64,000 nucleotides of DNA from an uncultured Bacteroidales bacterium. GTDB taxonomy: Bacteria > Bacteroidota > Bacteroidia > Bacteroidales > JAUNSR01. Every line of letters starts with the position of its first letter. The stretch's first letter is position 1. Shown piece by piece: positions 19,648 to 29,693 of the stretch. The notes beneath the pieces were generated by a model. The model made no database searches, was not told where the DNA came from, and saw nothing but the letters and a program-made list of their open reading frames with translations. A program made the translations under genes and the position numbers. The stretch is taken from contig CAMTOJ010000012.1 of the NCBI GenBank assembly GCA_947074145.1, forward strand, positions 5,079 through 69,078. Reading direction: 5' to 3'.

Positions 19648-21369
19648 TTAATCCTTAAGTATGGTTTTAGGATTTAAACTACTTATATGACCACTCTCTG
19701 TTCCATCTTTGGGATCAATAACGCAGTTTATTAATGTTGGTTTTCCTGAACTTATACCATCAGAAAGTGCTTTCGTTAATTCTTCAGGTGTAGTCGCATT
19801 ATAAGGAGTACCACCGAAAGCTTCAATTAATTTATCATATCTTGCATCTGCCATCAGTGTAGTTGGTGAAGGATCAGGACCTCCTCCAAGATTAGTATGC
19901 CAGCCATTGTAAATACCACCATTGTTAAAAACAACAACTGTTATAGGTAGCTTGAATCGACAGATTGTTTCTATCTCCATTCCACTAAAACCGAAAGCAC
20001 TATCTCCCTCTATAGCAACTACAGGTTTTCCTGTTGTGATAGCTGCACCTATTGCAAATCCCATTCCTATACCCATGACTCCCCAAGTTCCACAATCCAA
20101 ACGATGACGTGGATAATATATGTTTACAACATTTCTTGTATCATCAAGAGTATTTGCTCCTCCATTAACAAGATAAATATCCTTATTCTGTTCAAGAACA
20201 GATTTAACTGCTTTAAGAGCATTAAAGAAATTCATCGGCGATGTATTATTATTTAGTTTTATCGCCATTTTTGCATCATTCTTTTGTTTATCTTGATTGA
20301 TACCTTCCATCCATGATGGTTGAGGTTTTATATTATATTTTGACAATCCTTTAACCATCAAATCCATACTTGAAACAATATCTCCCACTACAGGAGCTTC
20401 AATTGGCCTATTGCTGTCAATCTCTTGAGGATCAATGTCAAGTTGAATAAAACGCACGTTAGGATTCCAATGTTTTCCTTTTCCATGAGCCAACAGCCAG
20501 TTGAGTCGGGCACCTAATAATACAACAACATCTGCATTTTCCAAAACATAGGAACGAGCAGCTGCTGCACTCTGAGGATGATCATCAGGTAATAATCCTT
20601 TAGCCATAGACATTGGAAGGAAAGGTATTCCGGTTTTTTCTATAAACTCTTTTATATCATCATCTGCTTGAGCATAAGCAGCTCCTTTACCCAATATTAT
20701 TAATGGATTTTTTGCCGTAGACAAAAGGTGTAATGCCTTATCCACAGATTCACAAGATGGTATTACTTTAGGTGATGGATCTTCAACTTTAAACAGTGTT
20801 TTTGCTGCTTCATCCTTATCCATAATACTACTTAATAAAGCAGTCGTAAGATCAAGATAAACACCACCCGGGCGACCTGAAACCGCAGCTCGAATAGCCC
20901 TGGCTAATCCTATTGCGATATCTTCTGGTTTGTTAATTCTATAAGATGCTTTAACAAAAGGTTTGGCAATATTCATTTGATCTAACTCTTCATAATCACC
21001 CTGTTGTAAGTCGATTATAGATCTTGTACTTGATCCGCTTATTTGAATCATTGGGAAACCATTTGTTGTTGCATTAGCAAGAGCTGTTAATCCGTTTAGA
21101 AAACCGGGAGCTGAAACTGTTAGGCATATTCCTGGTTTTTTTGTTAGAAAGCCTGTTATTGCAGCTGCATTTCCGGCAGATTGTTCATGACGAAAAGCAA
21201 TATAACGAATTCCTTCTTCTTGTAAATGACGAGCAAGATCAGTTACAGGGATTCCGCATACTCCATATACTACTTCAATATCATTTTTCTTAAGTGCGTC
21301 CACAACAATGTGCATACCGTCAGTAAGGTTTTGAGCTTGTGGTTGTGTCTGAGGTTTTATATTATCCAT
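19648..21369 (-). CDS. oxc: Oxalyl-CoA decarboxylase
   Basis: LTDGMH, GIPVTDLAR, FRHEQSAG, DLQQGDYEELDQ, RLDCGTWGVMGIGMG, EGDSAFGFSGME, GTESGHI. Confidence 0.95.
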   Translation of the reverse strand: MDNIKPQTQPQAQNLTDGMHIVVDALKKNDIEVVYGVCGIPVTDLARHLQEEGIRYIAFRHEQSAGNAAAITGFLTKKPGICLTVSAPGFLNGLTALANATTNGFPMIQISGSSTRSIIDLQQGDYEELDQMNIAKPFVKASYRINKPEDIAIGLARAIRAAVSGRPGGVYLDLTTALLSSIMDKDEAAKTLFKVEDPSPKVIPSCESVDKALHLLSTAKNPLIILGKGAAYAQADDDIKEFIEKTGIPFLPMSMAKGLLPDDHPQSAAAARSYVLENADVVVLLGARLNWLLAHGKGKHWNPNVRFIQLDIDPQEIDSNRPIEAPVVGDIVSSMDLMVKGLSKYNIKPQPSWMEGINQDKQKNDAKMAIKLNNNTSPMNFFNALKAVKSVLEQNKDIYLVNGGANTLDDTRNVVNIYYPRHRLDCGTWGVMGIGMGFAIGAAITTGKPVVAIEGDSAFGFSGMEIETICRFKLPITVVVFNNGGIYNGWHTNLGGGPDPSPTTLMADARYDKLIEAFGGTPYNATTPEELTKALSDGISSGKPTLINCVIDPKDGTESGHISSLNPKTILKD

Positions 21370-21404
21370 AATAATTTTAATATGATTATCACAAAATATT
21401 GAAT

Positions 21405-21444
21405 AACGGTCTTATGATAATAAAATTATTATCATAAGACCGTT
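21405..21444 (-). promoter_or_regulatory. Intercistronic perfect stem-loop between frc and oxc
   Basis: 19-bp perfect arms AACGGTCTTATGATAATAA / TTATTATCATAAGACCGTT; only a weak U-tract in the sense (-) direction. Confidence 0.6.
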
Positions 21445-21448
21445 TTTT

Positions 21449-22720
21449 TTATTTGCAAACAATATGTCCTGTTCTGAATTTATCGATATCTGCATCGGTA
21501 TATCCTATTTCTTTTAAGATCTCATTTGTATGCTCACCTAACAAAGGTGCTGACTTCACCTCAGGTGTAAAGTCTGAGAATTTAGGAGGACATCCTATGG
21601 TTACATATTTACCTCGAATCGGTTGATCAACTTCAACAAGGGTACCGCATTTATATAAAGATTCATCTTTTTCAATCTCTAACATACTTAAAACAGGACC
21701 ACAAGGAACACCTTTCTTTCCTAGTTCATCAACTATTTCGTGTTTATCTTTATTTATAGTATACTCTTCAACACCTTTATAAATTTCCTGTTTTACAAGA
21801 TTGCGAGCTTCAGGTGTATTAAATTTAGGATCAGTTATCCATTCAGGTTTTCCTAATGCCTGACAAGCTTCATCAAATGCTTTGGCTTCATTTTGAAGAA
21901 CGATATATACATATGCATTTGGATCTGTTTCCCAACCTTTACATTTATAACACCATCCAAGTACCTGTCCACCTTCAACATTACCGGCACGTGGCACAGT
22001 ATCTCCAAATTTTTCAGAAGGATATTCAGGAAGATGTTTAAGGACACCTATATTCTGAAGCATTAACTGGTCACGTAGTTTTATTCGACAAAGATTCAAT
22101 ACAGCATCCTGCATTGATTGTTGTACAAAACATCCCTCTCCTGTCTTTTCTCTTTTGAGCAAAGCTGCAAGTAATCCGATAGCAAGATGCATACCAGTGT
22201 TACTATCTCCAAGTGCAGCTCCTGATTGAGTAGGAATATTATATTCACCATCCCACCATCCTGTTGTTGCAGCAGCGCCTCCGGCACATTGAGCAACTGG
22301 TTCAAAAGCCTTTACGCTTGCATAAGGAGAGTCGTCGTTAAATCCCTTAATTGTCCCATAAATAACACGAGGATTCATTTTATGAACCTCTTCCCAAGAA
22401 AAGCCTAAACTATCCGCTGCACCTGGGTGAAGATTTTCCACAAATATATCTGCACCCTTTATAAGTTTGGTAAGAATCTCTTTTCCTTCAGGTGTCTTGA
22501 CATTCAATTCTATTGAGCGTTTATTACTATTTAATTGAAGAAAATACAAACTGTCCATTCCTTCAAAATCAAGTAATTCGTTTCTTGTTGGATCTCCACT
22601 TCCAACTCTCTCGATTTTAATGACATCTGCTCCTAACCATGCTAAAAGTTGAGTACATGACGGACCTGACTGCACTTGTGTCCAGTCTATAATTTTAATT
22701 CCTTGCAATGGTGAAACCAT
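21449..22720 (-). CDS. frc: Formyl-CoA:oxalate CoA-transferase (class III)
   Basis: [29 protein letters not shown] (catalytic Asp), [31 protein letters not shown]. Confidence 0.93.
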   Translation of the reverse strand: MVSPLQGIKIIDWTQVQSGPSCTQLLAWLGADVIKIERVGSGDPTRNELLDFEGMDSLYFLQLNSNKRSIELNVKTPEGKEILTKLIKGADIFVENLHPGAADSLGFSWEEVHKMNPRVIYGTIKGFNDDSPYASVKAFEPVAQCAGGAAATTGWWDGEYNIPTQSGAALGDSNTGMHLAIGLLAALLKREKTGEGCFVQQSMQDAVLNLCRIKLRDQLMLQNIGVLKHLPEYPSEKFGDTVPRAGNVEGGQVLGWCYKCKGWETDPNAYVYIVLQNEAKAFDEACQALGKPEWITDPKFNTPEARNLVKQEIYKGVEEYTINKDKHEIVDELGKKGVPCGPVLSMLEIEKDESLYKCGTLVEVDQPIRGKYVTIGCPPKFSDFTPEVKSAPLLGEHTNEILKEIGYTDADIDKFRTGHIVCK

Positions 22721-22726
22721 AATAAT

Positions 22727-22735
22727 TCCTCCTTA
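22727..22735 (-). promoter_or_regulatory. Strong Shine-Dalgarno sequence before frc
   Basis: The minus strand reads TAAGGAGGA-ATTATT-ATG. Confidence 0.7.
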
Positions 22736-23177
22736 ATCAATTTTTTAGTTTCTTAAAAATGAAAAACAAAAAAAGATCTTCTCTCTGTTCATTATAATTG
22801 AAAATCCTCTTTTATTCGATTAATATATAATCATTCCCTATTTTAACAACTCCGGTTTAATATAGTTCAGATTGGTTTTTTTATAATTTGAGTAAAAACC
22901 ATGTGTTATTTATCTATAGTTTAAAAATGGACACTTTATCCTATTACCTATAGTAATTAGTTTATATACAAGGATTTTACATTTGTTATTATTTAAAAAA
23001 TAGTATAGGTCAAGAAAATGAAAACAAATTATAATAACTAAATTATATCATCTCTTCGATAAAGAATAAGATTTTCGTTTTCAGAAATATTATTCATGAT
23101 TTACATATGGTAGGGTTACAAAATATGATAAAAACATAGAGGACTAACTGATAATCGGATTATTATGAATAGGAATT

Positions 23178-23228
23178 AAAAAAAGTCCCATTCCGGATAT
23201 TCATAAGAATTTTACGGTATGGGACTTT
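23178..23228 (-). terminator. Terminator of the TonB receptor-DUF4374 operon
   Basis: AAAGTCCCAT ... ATGGGACTTT stem; preceding A-run is the U-tract on -. Confidence 0.7.
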
Positions 23229-23280
23229 AATAAAATATGAAATGAAATTTTAACAAAGAAAGTCTTTTGACCTATATCAA

Positions 23281-24573
23281 TTATTTTACGATGTTAACTG
23301 ATTTCAAAAGTTCATTCTTTTCAAACGTCATTAAAGACGTAGCAACTCCTGTAGCTGCATCAATAGCATATATAGTTGGATGATCCAAGGCTGTTGTACC
23401 AGAAGAACTTGACATTGATGTTGCAGCAGCCAATGGTAGATAGAATACACCATCATATCCGTCACCCCATCCTATAGAAAATGAATAAACAGAAGGATTG
23501 GGTAATCCACTTACCCATTTAAATGATTTGTCACTCATCTTAACAACAGCCATTAATCCTGACTCAGCCATGTTACCATAAGCACCTTTATTTGTAAAGA
23601 ATTCCAATAAAAAATAATCGTCACTTATATAGAAAGCCTTACGAAAACGATAACCATCAGATTGTGCTAGAATATCGAAATGATAATCAGTATCAAATGA
23701 TTTTGTTCCTGATTTTATTCTTATGGCTCCAACTTTGGAATCATCACTACTAGAACCTGAAAATATATAAACATTTCCATTCTCATCTGCTGCACTTTGT
23801 GTATAACGTACGCTTCTCATAGCTCCCACAGAACTGCCGATACGCTCATCTGTTATAAACTTTTGTGAATCTATATTCAGGCTATAATCGGTAAATGCTA
23901 CGGCTGCCAAATCCTGATCTGAATAATTCACAACGACAGCTACCTGATTATTTCCCATATCTACGATATTAGAAAAAGTCGGAGTTGTTTCATTGATTGC
24001 TATAGAAGGAAGATTAACTGCTATATTATTACTTGAAATAATATCATTATTATTTCCAACGACCATAGCAAAAGGATTTGAGATTTGTGCAGCATAAGAA
24101 TAATTTCCGAATATCCCCGTATTTCCAAAAGAAGCAACAACAACCGGTTCACCTATTTCTGAAAGCTCTTGATTAGTTAATTTATATGATCTCAGACCTG
24201 CTGTAGAAGAACCTATGCCTCCGTTTTCTACAGAAGCTGCGCCTCTTGCATAAATATATCCGGTAAGAGTTGATGTATTTTCATTATAGGTCAACTGGGT
24301 AAAAGTATCCGGTACTTTTAATGCCGATTCATCATTATATACAGTTTCGTTATATCGAGGTAATAAGATATCTGAATATACTTTCATTCCGACACCTGCA
24401 ACAAGATCATTTTCTGGATCTCCGGATGTCACTATCATAAAAACATCTTTTGCCTGTTCATCAGGTTGCTGTGATTGTAATACATCTGAATCATTGTCAT
24501 CACTACATGAAACTGTTATAAAACCGACACAACATACTATTATTGAGCGCTTTACCAAAGTAAGTTTTTTCAT
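23281..24573 (-). CDS. Surface lipoprotein, DUF4374-like (XusB-like) paralog
   Basis: Lipobox TVS|C followed by acidic export signal SDDNDSD; DENGNVYIFS, GAIRIKSG...FDTDYHFDI, KWVSGLP, IYAIDAATG. Confidence 0.7.
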   Translation of the reverse strand: MKKLTLVKRSIIVCCVGFITVSCSDDNDSDVLQSQQPDEQAKDVFMIVTSGDPENDLVAGVGMKVYSDILLPRYNETVYNDESALKVPDTFTQLTYNENTSTLTGYIYARGAASVENGGIGSSTAGLRSYKLTNQELSEIGEPVVVASFGNTGIFGNYSYAAQISNPFAMVVGNNNDIISSNNIAVNLPSIAINETTPTFSNIVDMGNNQVAVVVNYSDQDLAAVAFTDYSLNIDSQKFITDERIGSSVGAMRSVRYTQSAADENGNVYIFSGSSSDDSKVGAIRIKSGTKSFDTDYHFDILAQSDGYRFRKAFYISDDYFLLEFFTNKGAYGNMAESGLMAVVKMSDKSFKWVSGLPNPSVYSFSIGWGDGYDGVFYLPLAAATSMSSSSGTTALDHPTIYAIDAATGVATSLMTFEKNELLKSVNIVK

Positions 24574-24604
24574 TCTACGTTTTTTAATAATTAATAATTG
24601 ATTG

Positions 24605-25900
24605 TTATTTATAGTTCAAATATCCTATTGTTCTTATTTCATAAACACCTTTCAATGTGATCCCTTTTGTAGCCTGAGCTGATTCTGGATCAACAATATA
24701 AATAGAAGCATCTTCACCGAAACTAGTAATCGGCATATATAATTTCCCGTCATTAAACATCGGTACCCCTCCTGTTTCTGCGCCCGAAAGGATAAGACTC
24801 TTATTTGGAAGGCCGGAAATCCATTTAAATGATTTCTCCTCCATATCGACGATTGCGAACTGATGCCCGGGAGTTATTGTTGAGATATTGATATCATTAT
24901 ATATTTCAAGACAAAACTTGTTGTCGGTCATATGCCATAAACGTCTGATAGTATATCCTCCTGTCTGTTCTTCAATATTGAAATAATAATCCTTGTCAAA
25001 TTCAGATGATCCGGTAGTTATTCGAAGAGCACCACAGGCTTTTGTCGTATTTTTGTCAAATGAACCGGAAAAAACATATACAGTTCCATTATCTGTTTTT
25101 CCTAACTGAGAGAAAACTTGTGATCTGTATTGACCTGCACTATAGCTAATTCTGTCATCTCTATATATGTTTTTTATTTTCAAATCCTTATCCATATGAG
25201 CAACCCAAACACTATCAGGAAAAGCAACATCTCCTATACTCGAACCATTACCTGTTCCTGTCTGATTGAATGAAGATTGAACCATACTTGAAAGAAATTC
25301 ACCGTTACCAAGATCAACAACACCGGCAAAGGTTATCTGCTCATCATTTGATGTTATATCTTCTGTCCAGATTGTTGTGGTTCGCTCTAATGAAACAGAA
25401 TTATCATTTATATCCCAAAAAGAGAAAGTGGCGCCGTCGTTTCTTGTTCCGTCAGCCGAAACCTGACCGGCAACACTTGTCATAAGTTGGCTACCAAAGA
25501 ATCCGTAATTTGAAAAACGGCTCGATATCTTGAATTCCCCCAATTTTTCAAGAGAAGAATCCTTTTTATATCGAAAACCATATCCTATACCGGCAAATTG
25601 TTGTTGGTAGACCATTCCTATTGCTACATCTTCTTTGAATATCCAAGTATATTCGGTTTGTGGGAGTTCCATTATATTGGAACTTATATTAAGATCACCT
25701 TCCTCCAGGGATTCTGCCTGCATTATATATTCGGTTCCACTACTTGCTTTTACTGCAATAAAATATGGACCGGTTCCACTTTGAAGAACATCTCCATTCG
25801 ATATATTCTCATCTTTTTCACACGAAGAAAATAATGAGACAGAGCCTATCAGAAAACTGAATCTGAATAATCTCTTAAATAATAAACTCTTTTGATTCAT
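24605..25900 (-). CDS. Surface lipoprotein, DUF4374 (XusB-like)
   Basis: Lipobox FSS|C-EKDE; PDSVWVA, DDRISYSAGQYRSQ, VYVFS, GALRI...FDKDYYFNIE, KWISGLP. Confidence 0.78.
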   Translation of the reverse strand: MNQKSLLFKRLFRFSFLIGSVSLFSSCEKDENISNGDVLQSGTGPYFIAVKASSGTEYIMQAESLEEGDLNISSNIMELPQTEYTWIFKEDVAIGMVYQQQFAGIGYGFRYKKDSSLEKLGEFKISSRFSNYGFFGSQLMTSVAGQVSADGTRNDGATFSFWDINDNSVSLERTTTIWTEDITSNDEQITFAGVVDLGNGEFLSSMVQSSFNQTGTGNGSSIGDVAFPDSVWVAHMDKDLKIKNIYRDDRISYSAGQYRSQVFSQLGKTDNGTVYVFSGSFDKNTTKACGALRITTGSSEFDKDYYFNIEEQTGGYTIRRLWHMTDNKFCLEIYNDINISTITPGHQFAIVDMEEKSFKWISGLPNKSLILSGAETGGVPMFNDGKLYMPITSFGEDASIYIVDPESAQATKGITLKGVYEIRTIGYLNYK

Positions 25901-25910
25901 TTTTTTATAA

Positions 25911-28283
25911 TTAGTTGTTAAGTTGTTTATGAAAGAAATAGCGAAATTTTAGAGAGAAATTCCGCCCCGGTTTCTGTAAACTATAATTATCATATAAAAG
26001 AGCATCTGTTATATTACCTGCTTGCACAGCAATGTTAAACCTCCCATTATTTATCGAATAAGTCATATTTATATCATGTGACATCTGTCTTGGAATATAA
26101 AGTTTAGCTCCTTCGCCTGCCCATGAACGAAAAAATTTCTCTGTAAAAAGTAAATTATATCCCAATGTCAGGTTATTTTTCTTGCCGAATAATCTATAGA
26201 AAGTATAAGAGGCATCTGCATTTCCAAACAAGTAGGGAAGATTTGGAACACGATTATTATAAGTTACGGATTCAGAACCAATAGCAGTATATAATTCTTT
26301 ATCCCTCATATCATGATAAGAAAAATTGGATCCGACCACTAAAATATTTTTATAGTAATATCTCAATGTTATATCCGTACCTAATCCTAAAACTTTTCCG
26401 TGATTCGCGCTTGTAGCTATACCTTTTGACCCAATAGTTCTGATTATATAATCAGTAACATATCTGGAAAATGCTCCAAAATCGATAGTAAAAGAATGTT
26501 TCTTATCAAAATAATGAGAGTAAGAAAGATTCATATTAAAATTGTTGCTGTTTTCAGGTCTTATATTTGCTGCGCCGTTTTCATAATCACCGTCACCGAA
26601 AAGTTCTGTATCTGTCGGTAATCTATATGTCTTTTCATAAGAAATCTTATATTGAAGGTCTGAAGTGAAGAAATATGTTCCGGCCACTCCATAACCGAAA
26701 ACATCACTATTTCGGGTTTGTTCTTCATACTGATCTCTTCCGGTTATTGCAACGTTAACAGGACCACAAACATTAGTGTAATAATATTTACCGAATAATG
26801 ATGCATTCCATTTATCACTGTGTACATATTTATATGATAAACCAAGTATATTCTTTTCATTCTTTCTTCTCATAAAGGTTGCAGCACTACTCTGCATTGA
26901 ATTAGCAGCTGAATTCGTGGTCTTACGCACATAATGGCTATACATATTATTCAACGAGAAAAAATGATTCTCTCCTATTCGATATTTTAGATTAGCAACA
27001 CTATAACCGGTTTTCCCATGAAATTCGGCAAGAGTAGCAACCCCTTCTCCTTGAGTATCCTTGTCTATATATTCACCACTCCAGTTATATTCACGCGCTA
27101 CTGTATCAACGTTATTTGTAGAGACATCGGAATATCTCACACTCAGATCCACATCCAGATTTTTTATAATGAAATTTTTCTTTTCGTAATTCAAAGAGGG
27201 TGTTATTGCATTTGAAGTACGATATTTACCACCGAAAACGATAGTCATCAGATTTGCATTCTGTATTTGTGCATATTCGCGACTATAATTTAAGCCTACG
27301 ATAAAACGGTTAGCCCACCTCTTATTTTCTACTCCTGTCTGAAATATCACAGCCTCATTATGATATTTATCATGAAAGCGGCGAAACCAATCCTCTTGTT
27401 GTGACACACTGCTGGTCATAAGATCGGTATATTTGGTTTTTATCTTATAATCATTATCTGAATAGTTTTGATATGCATTAAGCTGGAGAATAAAACCTTT
27501 TTTTGATGTATATCCGAAGTTCAAATTTGATTTATGTGTATTAAATGAACCATAAGAATATGAAGCATCAAGATATGTATTGGATGTTTTAGATGTCACT
27601 ATATTTATAGCTCCACCTAATGCATCACCACCAAACTCGACCGGAACTACTCCTTTATAGATTTCGATCCTTTCCGCTATATTGACAGGAATATTATTTA
27701 ATTTAAAAGATGAACCCGACCCTTCCATCGGTACTCCATCTATAAAGATTTTAATATGTCTTCCTGTAAAACCATTAAGATTTATCTGAGTACCAGAACC
27801 AAGTCCCCCTTCTTCTCTTAATCTTACTCCTGATACTGTATTAAGGATATGAGCAAGATCAAGAGATGTATTACTTAATTTTTTTGTATCAATTGCGACG
27901 GCATTATAAGCTGAGTTGTTAATAACATCAACAGCCTTTCCCAATATCTCGACTTCTTCTATCTCCTCAATTTTTGGGATTAATGTTAAATTCATTTTTA
28001 TGCGTTCACCGTCTAATAATGTCAAATCTTTTTCGACCGTTTCATACCCCAACGCAGAAACAACAAGAGTATAATGTCCCTGTTTAGCTACTATGTGATA
28101 AAGCCCTTCTGAATTGCTGGCACTCCCGAATCCTGTATTTTTAAGATATACGGTAGCGAACTCGACAATTCCATTTTCTATTGAAAATATCCTACCTGAA
28201 ATGACAGCTTCTTTTTTATGGGCAAAAGCAGATAATGAATTCACCAAAACAACCAAAACCAACACTAAACTCCTAAATTTCAT
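25911..28283 (-). CDS. TonB-dependent receptor, probably iron/xenosiderophore uptake (XusA-like)
   Basis: N-terminal carboxypeptidase-regulatory-like domain, GVRLREEGGLGS plug, IEIYKGVVP...DALGGAINIVT, RFHDKY, LYDNYSLQKPGR. Confidence 0.88.
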   Translation of the reverse strand: MKFRSLVLVLVVLVNSLSAFAHKKEAVISGRIFSIENGIVEFATVYLKNTGFGSASNSEGLYHIVAKQGHYTLVVSALGYETVEKDLTLLDGERIKMNLTLIPKIEEIEEVEILGKAVDVINNSAYNAVAIDTKKLSNTSLDLAHILNTVSGVRLREEGGLGSGTQINLNGFTGRHIKIFIDGVPMEGSGSSFKLNNIPVNIAERIEIYKGVVPVEFGGDALGGAINIVTSKTSNTYLDASYSYGSFNTHKSNLNFGYTSKKGFILQLNAYQNYSDNDYKIKTKYTDLMTSSVSQQEDWFRRFHDKYHNEAVIFQTGVENKRWANRFIVGLNYSREYAQIQNANLMTIVFGGKYRTSNAITPSLNYEKKNFIIKNLDVDLSVRYSDVSTNNVDTVAREYNWSGEYIDKDTQGEGVATLAEFHGKTGYSVANLKYRIGENHFFSLNNMYSHYVRKTTNSAANSMQSSAATFMRRKNEKNILGLSYKYVHSDKWNASLFGKYYYTNVCGPVNVAITGRDQYEEQTRNSDVFGYGVAGTYFFTSDLQYKISYEKTYRLPTDTELFGDGDYENGAANIRPENSNNFNMNLSYSHYFDKKHSFTIDFGAFSRYVTDYIIRTIGSKGIATSANHGKVLGLGTDITLRYYYKNILVVGSNFSYHDMRDKELYTAIGSESVTYNNRVPNLPYLFGNADASYTFYRLFGKKNNLTLGYNLLFTEKFFRSWAGEGAKLYIPRQMSHDINMTYSINNGRFNIAVQAGNITDALLYDNYSLQKPGRNFSLKFRYFFHKQLNN

Positions 28284-28300
28284 CTACTTAAATGATTATT

Positions 28301-28323
28301 TTATTTTTATCGTGTCTAAATAA
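28301..28323. promoter_or_regulatory. Putative Fur box
   Basis: Minus strand TTATTTAGACACGATAAAAATAA, an imperfect palindrome resembling the Bacteroidetes TTATTTAGA-N5-TCTAAATAA box; lies between promoter and start codon. Confidence 0.6.
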
Positions 28324-28337
28324 GACTTTAATGAGCG

Positions 28338-28368
28338 CAAAAGTATACTCTTTTAGAAACCAAACAAA
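28338..28368 (-). promoter_or_regulatory. Bacteroidetes housekeeping promoter of the TonB receptor
   Basis: TTTG-N19-TACTTTTG on the minus strand (-33/-7 consensus). Confidence 0.7.
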
Positions 28369-28703
28369 TATTTTGAAGTAGATCAAATGCTATAAAAATT
28401 GGGGTTTAATAACAGAAAAATAATAGATGAATCTCAAGTTTTTTCTCTTCACGCTGGCAATTACAAATTCGATATTTTTAAATAGTTATCATTCAAAACA
28501 TTAGTACTGACTTTAAAGAAAGATTGAATAAAAATCAAGCTCTTAAAGTTTAATAACTTCAAGATGGTAGAAATTTCATTTTAGATATATATTATTTTTA
28601 TTTATTCTAAATTAAAATTGAACTTGCAAGAGTATTATATAACTTTGCGTGGGGAAAATGAAGATGAAATAAAATAAAAAAATATAGGATTTACTGATTA
28701 TTT

Positions 28704-29618
28704 ATGAAGACAAACTTAGAATGGCTTAGAACTTTTAAAGCAATATATGAATTAGGTACAATGAGCGATGCAGCAAAAGAACTTAATATTTCTCAACCTG
28801 GGGTCAGTCTACATCTTAATTCACTTGAGGCTTACGTCGGTCATCCTTTATTTGAACGCGGAACAAGAAAGATGATTCCCAACGAAAGAGCAAAACTTCT
28901 ATATATAGAAATACTTAGTTCTATTTCAAAACTGGAGGAAGTTGAAAATACTTTTCGTAACAAATCAGAAAAAAGAAAACTTACCGTTAGCATCGGAATG
29001 TATCCCGGATTATTCCGGCAACTTCTTGAACCTCATATTCCTAATCTTGATTTTAATCTGATTCTTCACCTTGAGAATAATGATAAAATGAGGCCTTTAC
29101 TCGAAAACGGATCAGTAGATATGATTATAACGACCGATCATCTTCCTTGTAAGAATACTATTTATGAAGTTCTGGGTAAATCTCAATTCATTCTTGTAGC
29201 TGGTAAGAATACCAATATATCAGATTTTCAAACTCTTAATTTTGAGAATAAAAAACAGATAAGCAGATGGCTTCAGTCCCAAATCTGGTACACGACATCT
29301 GATAGGGAAAAATTTATCAAATTCTGGAAATTAAACTTTAAAAGGGACCCTGACTTCGCTCCTAATTATACCGTTCCCGATAAATTTTCTATTTTAAGAT
29401 GCCTAAGCAATGGTGACGGAATAGCTGTCTTACCGGCTTCAATATGTCATGATGCTATAACAACGGGGGATATAAAATTTCTTTGGAAAGGTTATGTGGA
29501 TATGAAAAATACTTTATATTTCGGACAACGAAAAAAAAGTCTTCTTCATGATGAATTACTCCATCTTAAAGAGATTATCATTCCTGAATTTGAAAAAAGT
29601 CATCCCGAAATTTATTGA
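28704..29618 (+). CDS. LysR family transcriptional regulator
   Basis: NLEWLRTFKAIYE...AAKELNISQPGVSLHLNSLE...LFER; -7 box TAACTTTG at 28640-28647. Confidence 0.92.
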   Translation: MKTNLEWLRTFKAIYELGTMSDAAKELNISQPGVSLHLNSLEAYVGHPLFERGTRKMIPNERAKLLYIEILSSISKLEEVENTFRNKSEKRKLTVSIGMYPGLFRQLLEPHIPNLDFNLILHLENNDKMRPLLENGSVDMIITTDHLPCKNTIYEVLGKSQFILVAGKNTNISDFQTLNFENKKQISRWLQSQIWYTTSDREKFIKFWKLNFKRDPDFAPNYTVPDKFSILRCLSNGDGIAVLPASICHDAITTGDIKFLWKGYVDMKNTLYFGQRKKSLLHDELLHLKEIIIPEFEKSHPEIY

Positions 29619-29621
29619 ACT

Positions 29622-29676
29622 AAAAAAGCGAACTCATAAGATGTCATAATTCTACTTATGGGTTCGCTTTATTTTT
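29622..29676. terminator. Bidirectional terminator
   Basis: AAAGCGAACTCATAAG ... CTTATGGGTTCGCTTT between convergent genes. Confidence 0.75.
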
Positions 29677-29693
29677 CTATAAATTTAATATTA

